Assembly: GCA_040954595.2 (NCBI GenBank)
Contig: CM082579.2
Span: 14,732,550 to 14,796,549 of the forward strand
Direction: 5' to 3'
DNA length: 64,000 nucleotides
DNA from: Balanoglossus misakiensis
Taxonomy: Eukaryota > Animalia > Hemichordata
This document shows positions 25,001 through 38,300 of this stretch, piece by piece (the first letter of the stretch is position 1; each line of letters opens with the position of its first letter). Made by a program: the position numbers and the translations under genes. Below the pieces are notes generated by a model. That model searched no databases. It had not been told where the DNA came from and saw only the letters and a program-made list of their open reading frames with translations.

Positions 25001-28000
25001 GGGGGTCAACCTTTGCGTCAACATTAACCAGAGCACACAGTAACCAGGCCGTAGTGGACAGTGTTCTGCCCATTAATGTTGAGTGTTTGGTGGGGTCAAC
25101 CTTTGCGTCAACATTAACCAGAGCACACAGTAACCAGGCCATAGTGGACAGTGTGCTGCCCATTAATTTTGAGTGTTTGGTGGGGTCAACCTTTGCGTCA
25201 ACATTAACCAGAGCACACAGTAACCAGGCCATAGTGGACAGTGTTCTGCCCATTAATTTTGAGTGTTTGGTGGGGTCAACCTTTGCGTCAACATTAACCA
25301 GAGCACACAGTAACCAGGCCGTAGTGGACAGTGTTCTGCCCATTAATTTTGAGTGTTTGGTGGGGTCAACCTTTGCGTCAACATTAACCAGAGCACACAG
25401 TAACCAGGCCGTAGTGGACAGTGTTCTGCCCATTAATTTTGAGTGTTTGGTGGGGTCAACCTTTGCGTCAACATTAACCAGAGCACACAGTAACCAGGCC
25501 ATAGTGGACAGTGTTCTGCCCATTAATTTTGAGTGTTTGGTGGGGTCAACCTTTGCGTCAACATAGACCAGAGCACACAGTAACCAGGCCGTAGTGGACA
25601 GTGTTCTGCCCATTAATTTTGAGTGTTTGGTGGGGTCAACCTTTGCGTCAACATTAACCAGAGCACACAGTAACCAGGCCATAGTGGACAGTGTGCTGCC
25701 CATTAATTTTGAGTGTTTGGTGGGGTCAACCTTTGCGTCAACATTAACCAGAGCACACAGTAACCAGGCCATAGTGGACAGTGTTCTGCCCATTAATTTT
25801 GAGTGTTTGGTGGGGTCAACCTTTGCGTCAACATTAACCAGAGCACACAGTAACCAGGCCATAGTGGACAGTATGCTGCCCATTGATTTTGAGTGTTTGG
25901 TGGCGTCAACCTTTGCGTCAACATTAACCAGAGCACACAATAACCAGGCCGTAGTGGACAGTGTTCTGCCCATTAATTTTGAGTGTTTGGTGGCGTCAAC
26001 CTTTGCGTCAACATTAACCAGAGCACACAGTAACCAGGCCATAGTGGACAGTGTTCTGCCCATTAATTTTGAGTGTTTGGTGGGGTCAACCTTTGCGTCA
26101 ACATTAACCAGAGCACACAGTAACCAGTCCGTAGTGGACAGTGTGCTGCCCATTAATTTTGAGTGTTTGGTGGGGTCAACCTTTGCGTCAACATTAACTA
26201 GGCCAGAGTGGCCAGTATCGTGCCCATTAATTTTGAGTGTTTGGTGGGGGTCAACCTTTGCGTCAACATTAACTAGGCCAGAGTGGCCAGTATCGTGCCC
26301 ATTAATTTTGAGTGTTTGGTGGGGGTCAACCTTTGCGTCAACATTAACTAGGCCAGAGTGGCCAGTATCCTGCCCATTAATTTTGAGTGTTTGGTGGGGT
26401 CAACCTTTGCATCAACATTAACCAGAGCACACAGTAACCAGGCCATAGTGGACAGTGTTCTGCCCATTAATTTTGAGTGTTTGGTGGGGTCAACCTTTGC
26501 GTCAACATTAACCAGAGCACACAGTAACCAGGCCATAGTGGACAGTGTGCTGCCCATTAATTTTGAGTGTTTGGTGGGGTCAACCTTTGCGTCAACATAG
26601 ACCAGAGCACACAGTAACCAGGCCGTAGTGGACAGTGTTCTGCCCATTAATTTTGAGTGTTTGGTGGGGTCAACCTTTGCGTCAACATTAACCAAAGCTC
26701 ACAGTAACCAGGCCATAGTGGACAGTGTGCTGCCCATTAATTTTGAGTGTTTGGTGGGGTCAACCTTTGCGTCAACATTAACCAGAGCACACAGTAACCA
26801 GGCCATAGTGGACAGTGTTCTGCCCATTAATTTTGAGTGTTTGGTGGGGTCAACCTTTGCGTCAACATTAACCAGAGCACACAGTAACCAGTCCATAGTG
26901 GACAGTGTGCTGCCCATTAATTTTGAGTGTTTGGTGGGGTCAACCTTTGCGTCAACATTAACTAGGCCAGAGTGGCCAGTATCGTGCCCATTAATTTTGA
27001 GTGTTTGGTGGGGGTCAACCTTTGCGTCAACATTAACTAGGCCAGAGTGGCCAGTATCGTGCCCATTAATTTTGAGTGTTTGGTGGGGGTCAACCTTTGC
27101 GTCAACATTAACTAGGCCAGAGTGGCCAGTATCCTGCCCATTAATTTTGAGTGTTTGGTGGGGTCAACCTTTGCATCAACATTAACCAGAGCACACAGTA
27201 ACCAGGCCATAGTGGACAGTGTTCTGCCCATTAAATTTGAGTGTTTGGTGGGGTCAACCTTTGCGTCAACATTAACCAGAGCACACAGTAACCAGGCCAT
27301 ATAGGACAGTATGCTGCCCATTAATTTTGAGTGTTTGGTGGGGTCAACCTTTACGTCAACATAGACCAGAGCACACAGTAACCAGGCCGTAGTGGACAGT
27401 GTTCTGCCCATTAATTTTGAGTGTTTGGTGGGGTCAACCTTTGCGTCAACATTAACCAGAGCACACAGTAACCAGGCCATAGTGGACAGTGTGCTGCCCA
27501 TTAATTTTGAGTGTTTGGTGGGGTCAACCTTTGCGTCAACATTAACCAGAGCACACAGTAACCAGGCCATAGTGGACAGTGTTCTGCCCATTAATTTTGA
27601 GTGTTCGGTGGGGTCAACCTTTGCGTCAACATTAACCAGAGCACACAGTAACCAGGCCATAGTGGACAGTGTGCTGCCCATTAATTTTGAGTGTTTGGTG
27701 GCGTCAACCTTTGCGTCAACATTAACCAGAGCACACAGTAACCAGGCCGTAGTGGACAGTGTTCTGCCCATTAATTTTGAGTGTTCGGTGGGGTCAACCT
27801 TTGCGTCAACATTAACCAGAGCACACAGTAACCAGGCCATAGTGGACAGTGTGCTGCATATTAATTTTGAGTGTTCGGTGGGGTCAACCTTTGCGTCAAC
27901 ATTAACCAGAGCACACAGTAACCAGGCCATATAGGACAGTATGCTGCCCATTAATTTTGAGTGTTTGGTGGGGTCAACCTTTGCGTCAACATTAACCAGA

Positions 28001-29068
28001 GCACACAGTAACCAGGCCGTAGTGGACAGTGTTCTGCCCATTAATTTTGAGTGTTCGGTGGGGTCAACCTTTGCGTCAACATTAACCAGAGCACACAGTA
28101 ACCAGGCCATAGTGGACAGTGTGCTGCCCATTAATTTTGAGTGTTTGGTGGCGTCAACCTTTGCGTCAACATTAACCAGAGCACACAATAACCAGGCCGT
28201 TGTGGACAGTGTTCTGCCCATTAATTTTGAGTGTTTGGTGGGGTCAACCTTTGCGTCAACATTAACCAGAGCACACAGTAACCAGGCCATAGTGGACAGT
28301 GTTCTGCCCATTAATTTTGAGTGTTTGGTGGGGTCAACCTTTGCGTCAACATTAACCAGAGCACACAGTAACCAGTCCGTAGTGGACAGTGTGCTGCCCA
28401 TTAATTTTGAGTGTTTGGTGGGGTCAACCTTTGCGTCAACATTACCTAGGCCAGAGTGGCCAGTATCGTGCCCATTAATTTTGAGTGTTTGGTGGGGGTC
28501 AACCTTTGCGTCAACATTAACTAGGCCAGAGTGGCCAGTATCGTGCCCATTAATGGTGAGTGTTTGGTGGGGGTCAACCTTTGCGTCAACATTAACTAGG
28601 CCAGAGTGGCCAGTATCCTGCCCATTAATTTTGAGTGTTTGGTGGGGTCAACCTTTGCATCAACATTAACCAGAGCACACAGTAACCAGGCCGTAGTGGA
28701 CAGTGTGCTGCCCATTAATTTTGAGTGTTTGGTGGGGTCAACCTTTGCGTCAACATTAACCAGAGCACACAGTAACCAGGCCATAGTGGACAGTATGCTG
28801 CCCATTGATTTTGAGTGTTTGGTGGGGTCAACCTTTGCGTCAACATTAACTAGGCCAGAGTGGCCAGTATCGTGCCCATTAATTTTGAGTGTTTGGTGGG
28901 GTCAACCTTTGCGTCTACATTAACTAGGCCAGAGTGGCCAGTATGCTGCCTATTAATTTTGAGTGTTTGGTGGGGTCAACCTTTGCGTCAACATTAAGCA
29001 GGCCAGACAGTAACCAGGCCAGAGTGGACAGTATCCTGCCTATTAATTTTGAGTGATTTGTGGGTCAA
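16007..29068. repeat. 13-kb satellite array of 90-bp and 74/75-bp monomers with higher-order structure
   Basis: Long unit ACATTAACCAGAGCACACAGTAACCAGGCC(G/A)TAGTGGACAGTGT(T/G)CTGCCCATTAATTTTGAGTGTTTGGTGGGGTCAACCTTTGCGTCA; short unit ACATTAACTAGGCCAGAGTGGCCAGTATCGTGCCCATT...; about 118 long and 33 short monomers by my count. Confidence 0.97.
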
Positions 29069-29479
29069 TTTGATCAAATACTGCCTACCGCTGGCGCTGC
29101 ATATTTGAAGAAATGTGAAAAGATGGCAAGACAGGTTTGGTAAATGTGGGCCCCCTAACTGAAGCAAAAGCACAAACTTAAAACAAAGATATGAATTTGG
29201 AAGAGTTTTATTTAATACATATGAAAAATAATGAAGACTTATGCTTCAAAGTAAGTATCGACGGAGTCGAACCGCCAATGCTGCAATGGCATTATACCCA
29301 TAATACTTTTTTGCTTTTTGCATGAATTTCATTATTTTTCATATGCTGTGCAGCTAAAGTGTGGCTAGATGACTAACTGCTGATGTAAAATATCTTGCAT
29401 ACCAATTTGGAACAATTACCCCAAGTAGTGGTCAAACAGAAACAATGCTTGCATTCAATTTAAAACAAGGTGACAAAAG

Positions 29480-29585
29480 TGGTTGAAATGAAACAATAAG
29501 CAAAAACAGTGTTTATCAAACTGAAATAATGTGGTCGAAATGAAACAATGAGCAAAAACAGTGTTTATCAAACTGAAATAATGTG
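29480..29585. repeat. 52-bp tandem duplication
   Basis: GAAATGAAACAAT(A/G)AGCAAAAACAGTGTTTATCAAACTGAAATAATGTG x2. Confidence 0.8.
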
Positions 29586-30012
29586 CCAAAATAGCTCCTG
29601 TTGATATTGCACAAAATTAACTGTTGCATTCTACCCTTGAGTTAATTTTTATTTCCAGGCAATTATGTGCTTAATACTAAATATTATCTATGGGTACAAA
29701 CCATCAGTTTCTTAAGTGCAAATCGCAAGAAGCTCCCCCATACAATTTTAGTGTTTTTTTAAATCAAGCAAGATAATTACATACTGTGTGATAAACTAAC
29801 TAACTTTACGCGCCTGGGGACAGTTAAAAACCTCGAGCCAAATATAAAATGAGGAAAAACTGCCCCCTCCCCCGTTGTGAATTTTAAAAGGTTGGGGCTC
29901 AAACTAACCAGAATTGTCTTGCCGACTCCTATTTTTCTGTGTACATTTTGATGTATTGTTGTTACGCGAGATTGAGGATTCGTGTTGATGCGGGAATTAC
30001 GATGACGAAAGC

Positions 30013-30209
30013 AAAAAATCCATCGGCGAATCAAACGGGCACACGGCGAAATTCCATTACACGACGATCCAACTGCGATGAAGAACGCGAACGCGGGTAA
30101 CGTTGTAAAAAATCCATCGGCGAATCAAACGGGCACACGGCGAAATTCCATTACATGACGAGCGACCTGCAATGAAGAACGCGAACGCGGGTAACGCTGC
30201 AAAAAATCC
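30013..30209. repeat. 94-bp GC-richer tandem duplication
   Basis: AAAAAATCCATCGGCGAATCAAACGGGCACACGGCGAAATTCCATTACA... starts at 30013 and 30107; a third start at 30201. Confidence 0.85.
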
Positions 30210-30632
30210 GCAGACAATTATTACACGAATGCATAGCAACAATTATTTTACCCAACCTGACACTAATAAATTACCCAATGATTTTAAATTTCTTATTATT
30301 ACACCCCAACTAATCATTATACCTTTGTAATATTATCACCGTTTATACACATCCCATAATGTTTATACCATCAAGTTAATACCATTTTATTATTATTATA
30401 CCACCAAAACCATGTGTTACCCATTTTTTTTATTATTACACCATTGATGTTAACACCTTTATATATTATACCGGTATTTACCCTCTGTACATGTACAGTT
30501 TTTATTTACCACGTGGCATTACTCATGTTTTTATAGTATTTTAATTACTTATCATACCCTTGAAACCATAATATTATACCCTTGCAGACAGTTTTATTAT
30601 AGTACCCTTGTGCACAATGTCTTATTAGTCAT

Positions 30633-30810
30633 CATACACCAACCCTTCACCATTTCATTAGATTATACCATTTTTATTAGCCTAACCTGTTTATACACCA
30701 ACCCTTCACCATTCCGTTAGATTATACCATTTTTTATTACCCTAACATATTCATACACCAACCCTTTACCATTCCCTCAGATTAAACCATTTTTATTAGC
30801 CTAACCTATT
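30633..30810. repeat. ~60-bp minisatellite x3
   Basis: ATACACCAACCCTT(C/T)ACCATT...AGATTATACCATTTTTATTAGCCTAAC x3. Confidence 0.75.
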
Positions 30811-30992
30811 GACAGCATCCCTCTGGTTTTGATATTGTTATCTGGTGCGGCGTTGTTGTAGATATTGATTAGACTCCCTCCGGCGATGATAATACCAATG
30901 AACCTATTGAAAAAAAAGAATGAATATTATTAATTAGATCAGATCAACAAATCATGGCGTCGTTCATCCCTCTGGTCACAGGAGCATCATCT

Positions 30993-31772
30993 GGCGTCGT
31001 TACAGGTTTAAGTTCATCCCTCCAGTACAGTATAAGGTGGCGGCGTCGTTACAAGTATTAAGTTCATCTCTCCAGTACAGTATTAGGTGGCGGCGTCGTT
31101 ACAAGTATTAACTTCATCTCTCCAGTACAGTATTAGGTGGCGGCGTCGTTACAAGGATTAACTTCATCTCTCCAGTACAGTATTAGGTGGCGGCGTCGTT
31201 ACAAGTTTAAGTTCATCCCTCCAGTACAGTATTAGGTGGCGGCGTCGTTACAAGTATTAACTTCATCCCTCCAGTACAGTATTAGGTGGCGGCGTCGTTA
31301 CAAGTATTAACTTCATCTCTCCAGTACAGTATTAGGTGGCGGCGTCGTTACAAGTATTAACTTCATCTCTCCAGTACAGTATTAGGTGGCGGCGTCGTTA
31401 CAAGTATTAACTTCATCTCTCCAGTACAGTATTAGGTGGCGGCGTCGTTACAAGTATTAAGTTCATCTCTCCAGTACAGTATTAGGTGGCGGCGTCGTTA
31501 CAAGTATTAAGTTCATCTCTCCAGTACAGTATTAGGTGGCGGCGTCGTTACAAGTATTAACTTCATCACTCCAGTACAGTATTAGGTTGCGGCGTCGTTA
31601 CAAGTATTAACTTCATCTCTCCAGTACAGTATTAGGTGGCGGCGTCGTTACAAGTATTAACTTCATCTCTCCAGTACAGTATTAGGTGGCGGCGTCGTTA
31701 CAAGTTTAAGTTCATACCTCCAGTACAGTATTAGGTGGCGACGTCGTTACAAATATTACACTCCCTCCAGCA
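30993..31772. repeat. 50-bp minisatellite, ~15 copies
   Basis: GGCGTCGTTACAAGTATTAACTTCATCTCTCCAGTACAGTATTAGGTGGC head to tail, with 49-bp variants and no spacers. Confidence 0.93.
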
Positions 31773-32529
31773 GCAGTGTTACCAAAGAACCTAATGTAAA
31801 AAAAGAATGAAATTATTTTAATAATCTGATTAGGTCAAGTCATCATATTGATAAAGAAAACGACAAGAAGAAATCATTTAAAAATTAACGCTGCCAGCAC
31901 CATTGGTTGGGCCCAAACGGTTCCCATGGTTACCAGGGTATGCCAAGGCTGTATTCTGCTGTGAATACCAAGATATATGAAAGCTGGTCAAAGGTTACCC
32001 CAGGGTCATTGAAAATCGCAAAAAATAGCGTCAAGGACACTGTGGTCTCATTTAGTGATTACACTAGAAAAAGTCTACACAGGAGTACAGACAGACAGAC
32101 ACACACATAGAGAGGCAATAAAATATGATGCCCCCCCCAGCCCCGAAAACATCTTGATCTTATGTATGCTGGCCTGGTACAATAGACAAACCAGCCAATT
32201 AATGAAAATTTTGTACAAATACAGAGCTCAAAGTTGCATTTTAGTGAGCCCAAAAGCAAATTAACTCAATGTTACGACAAATTTTACTTTTGCCACTCAA
32301 AGTTTGCATCGGTGGGGTGGGATGGCAAGTACTCTTCCCTGATACAATAGACAAACCAGCCAATAAATGAAATGAGGTGAAGAATGAAGGTGAAGAATGA
32401 ATAACTTTATTTGATTCCATTATCTAAACAAACACATCCAATTAACTTCCTACTCAAATTTCAAAGTAATCAGTCATAGGTTTTGTAAATCATCATGAGA
32501 AATCACCCTGAAACCAAATCAAATCAAAA

Positions 32530-32830
32530 ATCATATAAGCCTAGTCGGGCTCTGCGCTCCAGCTCAAGGAACCAGTTGTGTGTACCAAAGTACAGACTCA
32601 AAACATATGGTGGATGTGCCTTTTCCCTTGTCGCGCCACAACTTTGGAATTCTCTGCCATCTGACATTCAACAGGCTTCTAGTCTCAACATTTTCAAACA
32701 AAAACTCAAGACATTTCTATTTGTCAAAGCCTACGAACACTGATGTTATACTTTCAGCGCCTTTGGAAATAACATTGTTATTGATTCTGGCGCTTTATAA
32801 ATGTTTGTTTTGATTTGATTTGATTTGATC
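32530..32830 (+). mobile_element. 5'-truncated non-LTR retrotransposon 3' end (L2/CR1-group)
   Basis: YKPSRALRSSSRNQLCVPKYRLKTYGGCAFSLVAPQLWNSLPSDIQQASSLNIFKQKLKTFLFVKAY is a typical ORF2 C-terminus; short 3'UTR and (GATTT)n tail. Confidence 0.85.
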
Positions 32831-34660
32831 CCCCAAAAATATACTATTCAATTCATCAAGTTGATTTGAAAAACATACATGCAAATCTTACTTGAGCTAC
32901 CCCTAACATGACTAACAAATTTTAAAGCAATGGAACAAGCGGTTTTAGAGAAAAAAAATTAATTAAACAAGGCTGAAATTGCTCCAAAATTATCAATATG
33001 CAAATTTTGCAACATTTCAACAAAAGTATTGTAACTCATATCACCTACATGAAGCTTCATACTAAAATTTTTTACCACAAATGAGGAAAAAGGCAAAAAA
33101 TGCATAAAATAGAACATTCAAACTATTAGTTCAAAAAATACAGGATTGTATGTGGTTGACATAAGGTACTTGCATACCAATTGTCAAATCAATCTGTAAA
33201 TTATCATGAGAACAAACCCTGAAACCTTCAAATCAAATTTCAAAGCAGTGGGGGTAAAGGGGGCACAGTACGATATTTTACCCACAACTCTCCATGATTT
33301 GTATCATCGAGATTGTCCATTTAATTACTTTCTGTTTTAGATACTAACAATGATATGAAGTACATATAACTGTATTAAGATTTATCTAGAAAAAGTATGT
33401 TGAGGAATTAGAGTGAAAATTTCAAAATCAAGATTTAAAAGCCATAGAAATCAAAGTATTCATTCATGTACGTCAAATGTCACACTTAGGAGGAAAGAAG
33501 CAATGACTAACTGAGGTGGCCAGTCTCTGTTGAAAGTTAACATGTAAATTTCCATTGTTCTGTCTATAGAAAAAAATCAATATCGTTTTGTTTGATTAAA
33601 CAAGTGTTTCAAGTGTCCCTGTTTTACTTCAAACTTTTTTGTATCGGCTGGCTATGCAATTGCTTATTTTATAAAATTTGTATCTCCTCTTTCAATAATG
33701 CATGATTTTGTTTATCATTTGAAATGGTAATTGACAATAAGATTCGCCTTTAAAGCATGCTCTCAAAATTTGTATTAGTGGTCTACAATTTTCTCTACAC
33801 ATGTGAACTTTGCCTGGTTTGACCGAGTAATCTCTGGTTGTACAAACCAGAGTGATTCATGGGATATTTCACGTACTGTGGGGGGTTCTGAGAAGAGTTT
33901 TGACCAAAAATGGCAAAAATCATCCCAAAAATATACTATTCAATTCATCAAGTTGATTTGAAAAACATACATGCAAATCTTACTTGGGCTACCCCTAATA
34001 TGACTAACAAATTTCAAAGCAATGTAACAACCGGTTTAAAACAAAAATTCAAAAACGGCCGAAATTGCTCCAAAATTATGAATATGCAAATTTTGCAACA
34101 TTTTAACAAAAGTATGCTAACTCATATCACCTATATGAAGCTTCATACTAAATTTCAAAGAAGTCGTCTCATCAATTTTAGAAAAGTAGATGTTTTACCA
34201 AAAATGAGGAAAAAGGCAAAAAATGCATAAAAATAGAACATTCAAACTATTCAAAATACAGGACTGTATGTGGTTGACATAAGGTACTTGCATACCAATT
34301 GTCAAATCAATCTGACCAGTGGTTTTGACCAATTTCAAATTTTCCCAGCTAATTTGCATTTATTTAACAATTTCAACTGAATATGGCTGCCAGGTCAAAT
34401 GACTGATTTGAATTTCAAGGTGCACACTCATTGGCAAGGACAACTGTGACAAATTCAAGAAGCATAGGTGTGGCAGGTTTTCAGAGCAAGGTGTAAAAAA
34501 TATCCAGGGAATGGGGCCCAAGCTCCTAAAAACCCAGCACAATACCAATAGGGACTCATATTACTAACAAAGTGTAAGCCTGTAATAAGTCAAAAGCTGC
34601 ACATCTTTTTACCACCTCGTGCCAGTACTAAGCAATAAGACTTTTTATAGAGTTGTTTAA

Positions 34661-35393
34661 GGTGGCACTGCATGAAACCGTCGAGACTTTTTCAGAGGCC
34701 TATTTCTCATCAAAGACAAAGTTTAAACCCCCATAAACCATATATATTCTGGAAGCTGAGATTTTGAACTTTTGTTTGAGTTGCAAATATTATTGATCCC
34801 CGGAAATGGTGGCGATTTTGGGCGAAAAAAAACATTTTTTGATATTATGTCATGAAATTTAAAATAGGTAAAAAAGTTGACCATGCATCATGCATCTTAA
34901 TATGTCATTCGAAACTAAAGTACACGTGCAAAAAAACGCTAATTTTGTTTTGCGTTATCTGCTTCCATTGAGGAGTAACAGCGTTTGAAAGTTAGATTTT
35001 CTGAAAATTTGATCAAATTCACGGTGAGTTGTATTGAATCAGAGTTTATTCCCGCCAGGGACACTTTATCGACATACAAAACTAGCGTTTTGTTGGATGG
35101 GTCATACACAATTCCCTGTCAAAATTTGAGCAAATTCGGCCAATGCAGGGCGAAGCTATTTTAGTCCGAAGTTGTCAAAAGCAGCGAAAATGCAAACCGA
35201 GAAAAACGGCCATTTGCATTGTTGACACCTATTTGTTAAGCTGTGAACTCATTCAGAAAAGTGCTATTTGGGGGTGATTGTGCACCATTTCCGCCAAGAC
35301 GTATTAGTCAGGATGTGGGTGAGTATTAGGCCTACCGATTTATGTAAAAAAGTAAAATTTGGCAAAAATCACAACTTTTCATGCAATGCCACC
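34661..35393. mobile_element. non-autonomous DNA transposon with TTAA TSD (Kolobok-like)
   Basis: TTAA-GGTGGCACTGCATGAAA...TTTCATGCAATGCCACC-TTAA. Confidence 0.75.
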
Positions 35394-38300
35394 TTAATTG
35401 TCTCTGCTGATGCCAGAGATTGAAAAAGAATCCTACAAGTTAGGATTTTCAGAAACAATGATAGCTATTTCTATTACTGTTTGTAAACAAAAATGTGATG
35501 TTCACCGCCTTGTTTTCAGAAAAGTATTTACATAAATGTTTTTCCATAGAGTTAACACAGACATTGGCAGCCATCTTGAATTTCAAAAACTGCAACAATA
35601 TCTCCAATGCAACAAATCTGCAAATTGTACTATTTGACACCTGACTTAGGTCAAGGGGTTTCAGAGATGATGACTACTCTTCAGACTCAGACAAAATAAT
35701 AATGCAATATTCAGCGGAATTTCAAAAGCATTGACTAAGATCACCAAGGGACAATTCATACCAAAGATCAAAACAATTAGACGTACCTATTTTAAAGATC
35801 ATTATGAAAACTTTACAGATTCGGTTATAATGTAAATAAAAGTAGATCACCCCTGTGGACATGGCAATCAGACATGCATATTCTGACAAGATTTTTTGTT
35901 TGTACAAAAAGGCAACTGTCTCCAAAATACAAAATTACAGATTATGTCACATACCTCAGGGAGATCAATACTAAATTTCAGAGAAAATTTCCCCCCAAAT
36001 ATGCAAATTTCACCATATTTTGAAGAAACAACTTGTGTCATACCTAGAAACCTGCATAGTCAAAGTAATCTACGAGCTTAGCTTTTTTCTTCCAAAAACA
36101 GCAAAAAACTTGTTCCAAACTACAAATATGCAGAATTCAACACAATTTGAACACACATTACTTCGCCACCCCAAGAAACCTGCACACCAATTTTAAAAGC
36201 ACTTGCGCCAGTGATTTCAGAAAAGAAAAATGTTGACAGACATAGGATGACTGAACATCTATCTACCTGTCAGATAACTTTTGCAGTGCTGAGAGCAGAG
36301 CTAGAGATTGGTGTTGTCTTTTTACATTTTAAATCATCACACTTTGCTACTCAAAGCTACTATTCTGCTATGCTTGAGAAATGACTTGGGACCATTTTTG
36401 GCAAACAATAGTCACTAATCTTCCTCAGTTTATAGTACAATGTACCTACACTGTTTTAGTAATGTACTGAAAATGTTCAGACTATTTCTTGTGTCTGCAT
36501 ATGTCTTTAGTACAGAAGAATAATCTATCCGGTTGTCATTTCTCTGTTTATTCAGAAATAAACTAGTCTGGGTTGCAACAGTAAAAATTTTAAAATATTC
36601 ATACCATTTCTGAAGGATGTTCAAAACCAATACCTATGTGAAGCATTATATCAAATTTGCTGGGTAACTGTGGATTTATAACTTTTGCTAATTACAGTGC
36701 TAACTCACACTGGATGATTCGACGGTAATTTTAGATTCATATGAAGATTTTTTACCAATAATGTTGAAAAATACAAACAAATGCATCAAAAATAGAAAAT
36801 CAAAATTAGCTCAAAACATACAGGACTGTATGAGGTAGGCATAAGGTACTTGCATACCAATTTCCAAATCAATCTGACCAGCAGTTGTTGAATTTTGCGA
36901 GTTTTGACCAATTTCACATTTTCCAGCTAATTTGCATATATTTGGTAATGACATTTTCATGTTAACAAACTCCAATCTACAGCCCAGCCTGCATCTGCAC
37001 ACCAAATATCGAGGTGATATGCACAACGGTTTTCAAGTTTTAGATGTGGACGGACATACAGACATACATCCATACAAACAGACAGACATACTGTAAAACA
37101 CTTTATTTTCGCGAGCAATTAATTTTCGCCAAATACGCGAGAGCCAAAATAACGTGAAAATAAAAAGTCGCATAAATTGTTTTTGAAGATAACGATGCAG
37201 TGAATGAAATAAGAGAACGCGAAAATTAATACTCGCGAAACAGTGGCCTCTCTCTCGATATCGCGAAAAATTTAACTCGCGAAAATACAGTACATCCATA
37301 CATAAATACAGACGCAACTGATTCCATAAGGCCCATGGTACATACCATATGGGACCTAAAAACTGCAGAAGCTACACAAAACATTAATACTGAAAACATG
37401 GCAAACAGTTGTTGCTAACGGGGTTTTAAATCTCCCTTATAGATATTTTTGAACTCCCAATTTATGATTATTGACTGTTTGATTGATTAGTTGTTGCACA
37501 AATGATAGTATTATCAATGTAAATAATATCTGTGAGAAATTTCTTTTCATATTTATTTGAATATGGATAGGGTAAGATGGGGGTTAAACAAAACTACATT
37601 TGTTCAAAAGTGGCAAAAACACAAATATGCAAAAATCACTATAATTGTACACCATCTTACTTAAATCACTACAAGGAACATTCCTGTCAAAGTTCAAAGC
37701 AATCTGACAAGCGCTTTCAGACACAGCGAATTTGATAACCATCTACAAATATATTTTTATTTTTTAAACAATTCTTTTACAACACCTTACTTGGGTTACC
37801 CCCCTAGGAATCTGCATTCTGAGCAAAAATTACAAAATTGCTCAAAATTATAAATATACCAATTTCACAACAATTTGCAATTTGAACAAAAACTATGGCT
37901 TTCAGAAAGGAAGATTTTTCTTTACCAATAATGCAGTAAAAGACAAAACAATAAAAATAGAAAATTCATAATATTAGCTCAAAACAAAACATACAGGACT
38001 GTATGGCATTTATTGACATTTATAAGAATATGGACAGGGTATGATAGGGGGGGGGGAATTATAAATTCCAAGGGGGTCATCAATTTTTTGTCATAGCTTT
38101 TTGGGGCCATAGAAAAAATAACCTAAAAAGTAGGAAATCCTACGTCCCCCTAAGCTTTCATTCTGGCCAACAACTTTTTATGAAGGCTTCTGCAGTTGTT
38201 AAAAACAGATTGCCTGCTATGTTAGACTATCAATCTATAGAGGGGATGAAAAATGTCCTTTTGTCAAGTGTCTGGATTTTGATAACTTCAACAGGTAAAA

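Noticed and set aside
16010-28923. Many long ORFs (up to 1300 aa) on both strands as protein-coding genes
   Set aside because: They are a by-product of a 90-bp unit; variants add stops and frameshifts, and there are no splice signals or recognisable domain.
30993-31772. CRISPR-like array
   Set aside because: Units are head to tail with no unique spacers, no cas genes are present, and the context is eukaryotic.
33260-33882. Possible transposon with CACAGTACG...CGTACTGTG ends
   Set aside because: The inverted match is only ~9 bp and no clear TSD is visible.
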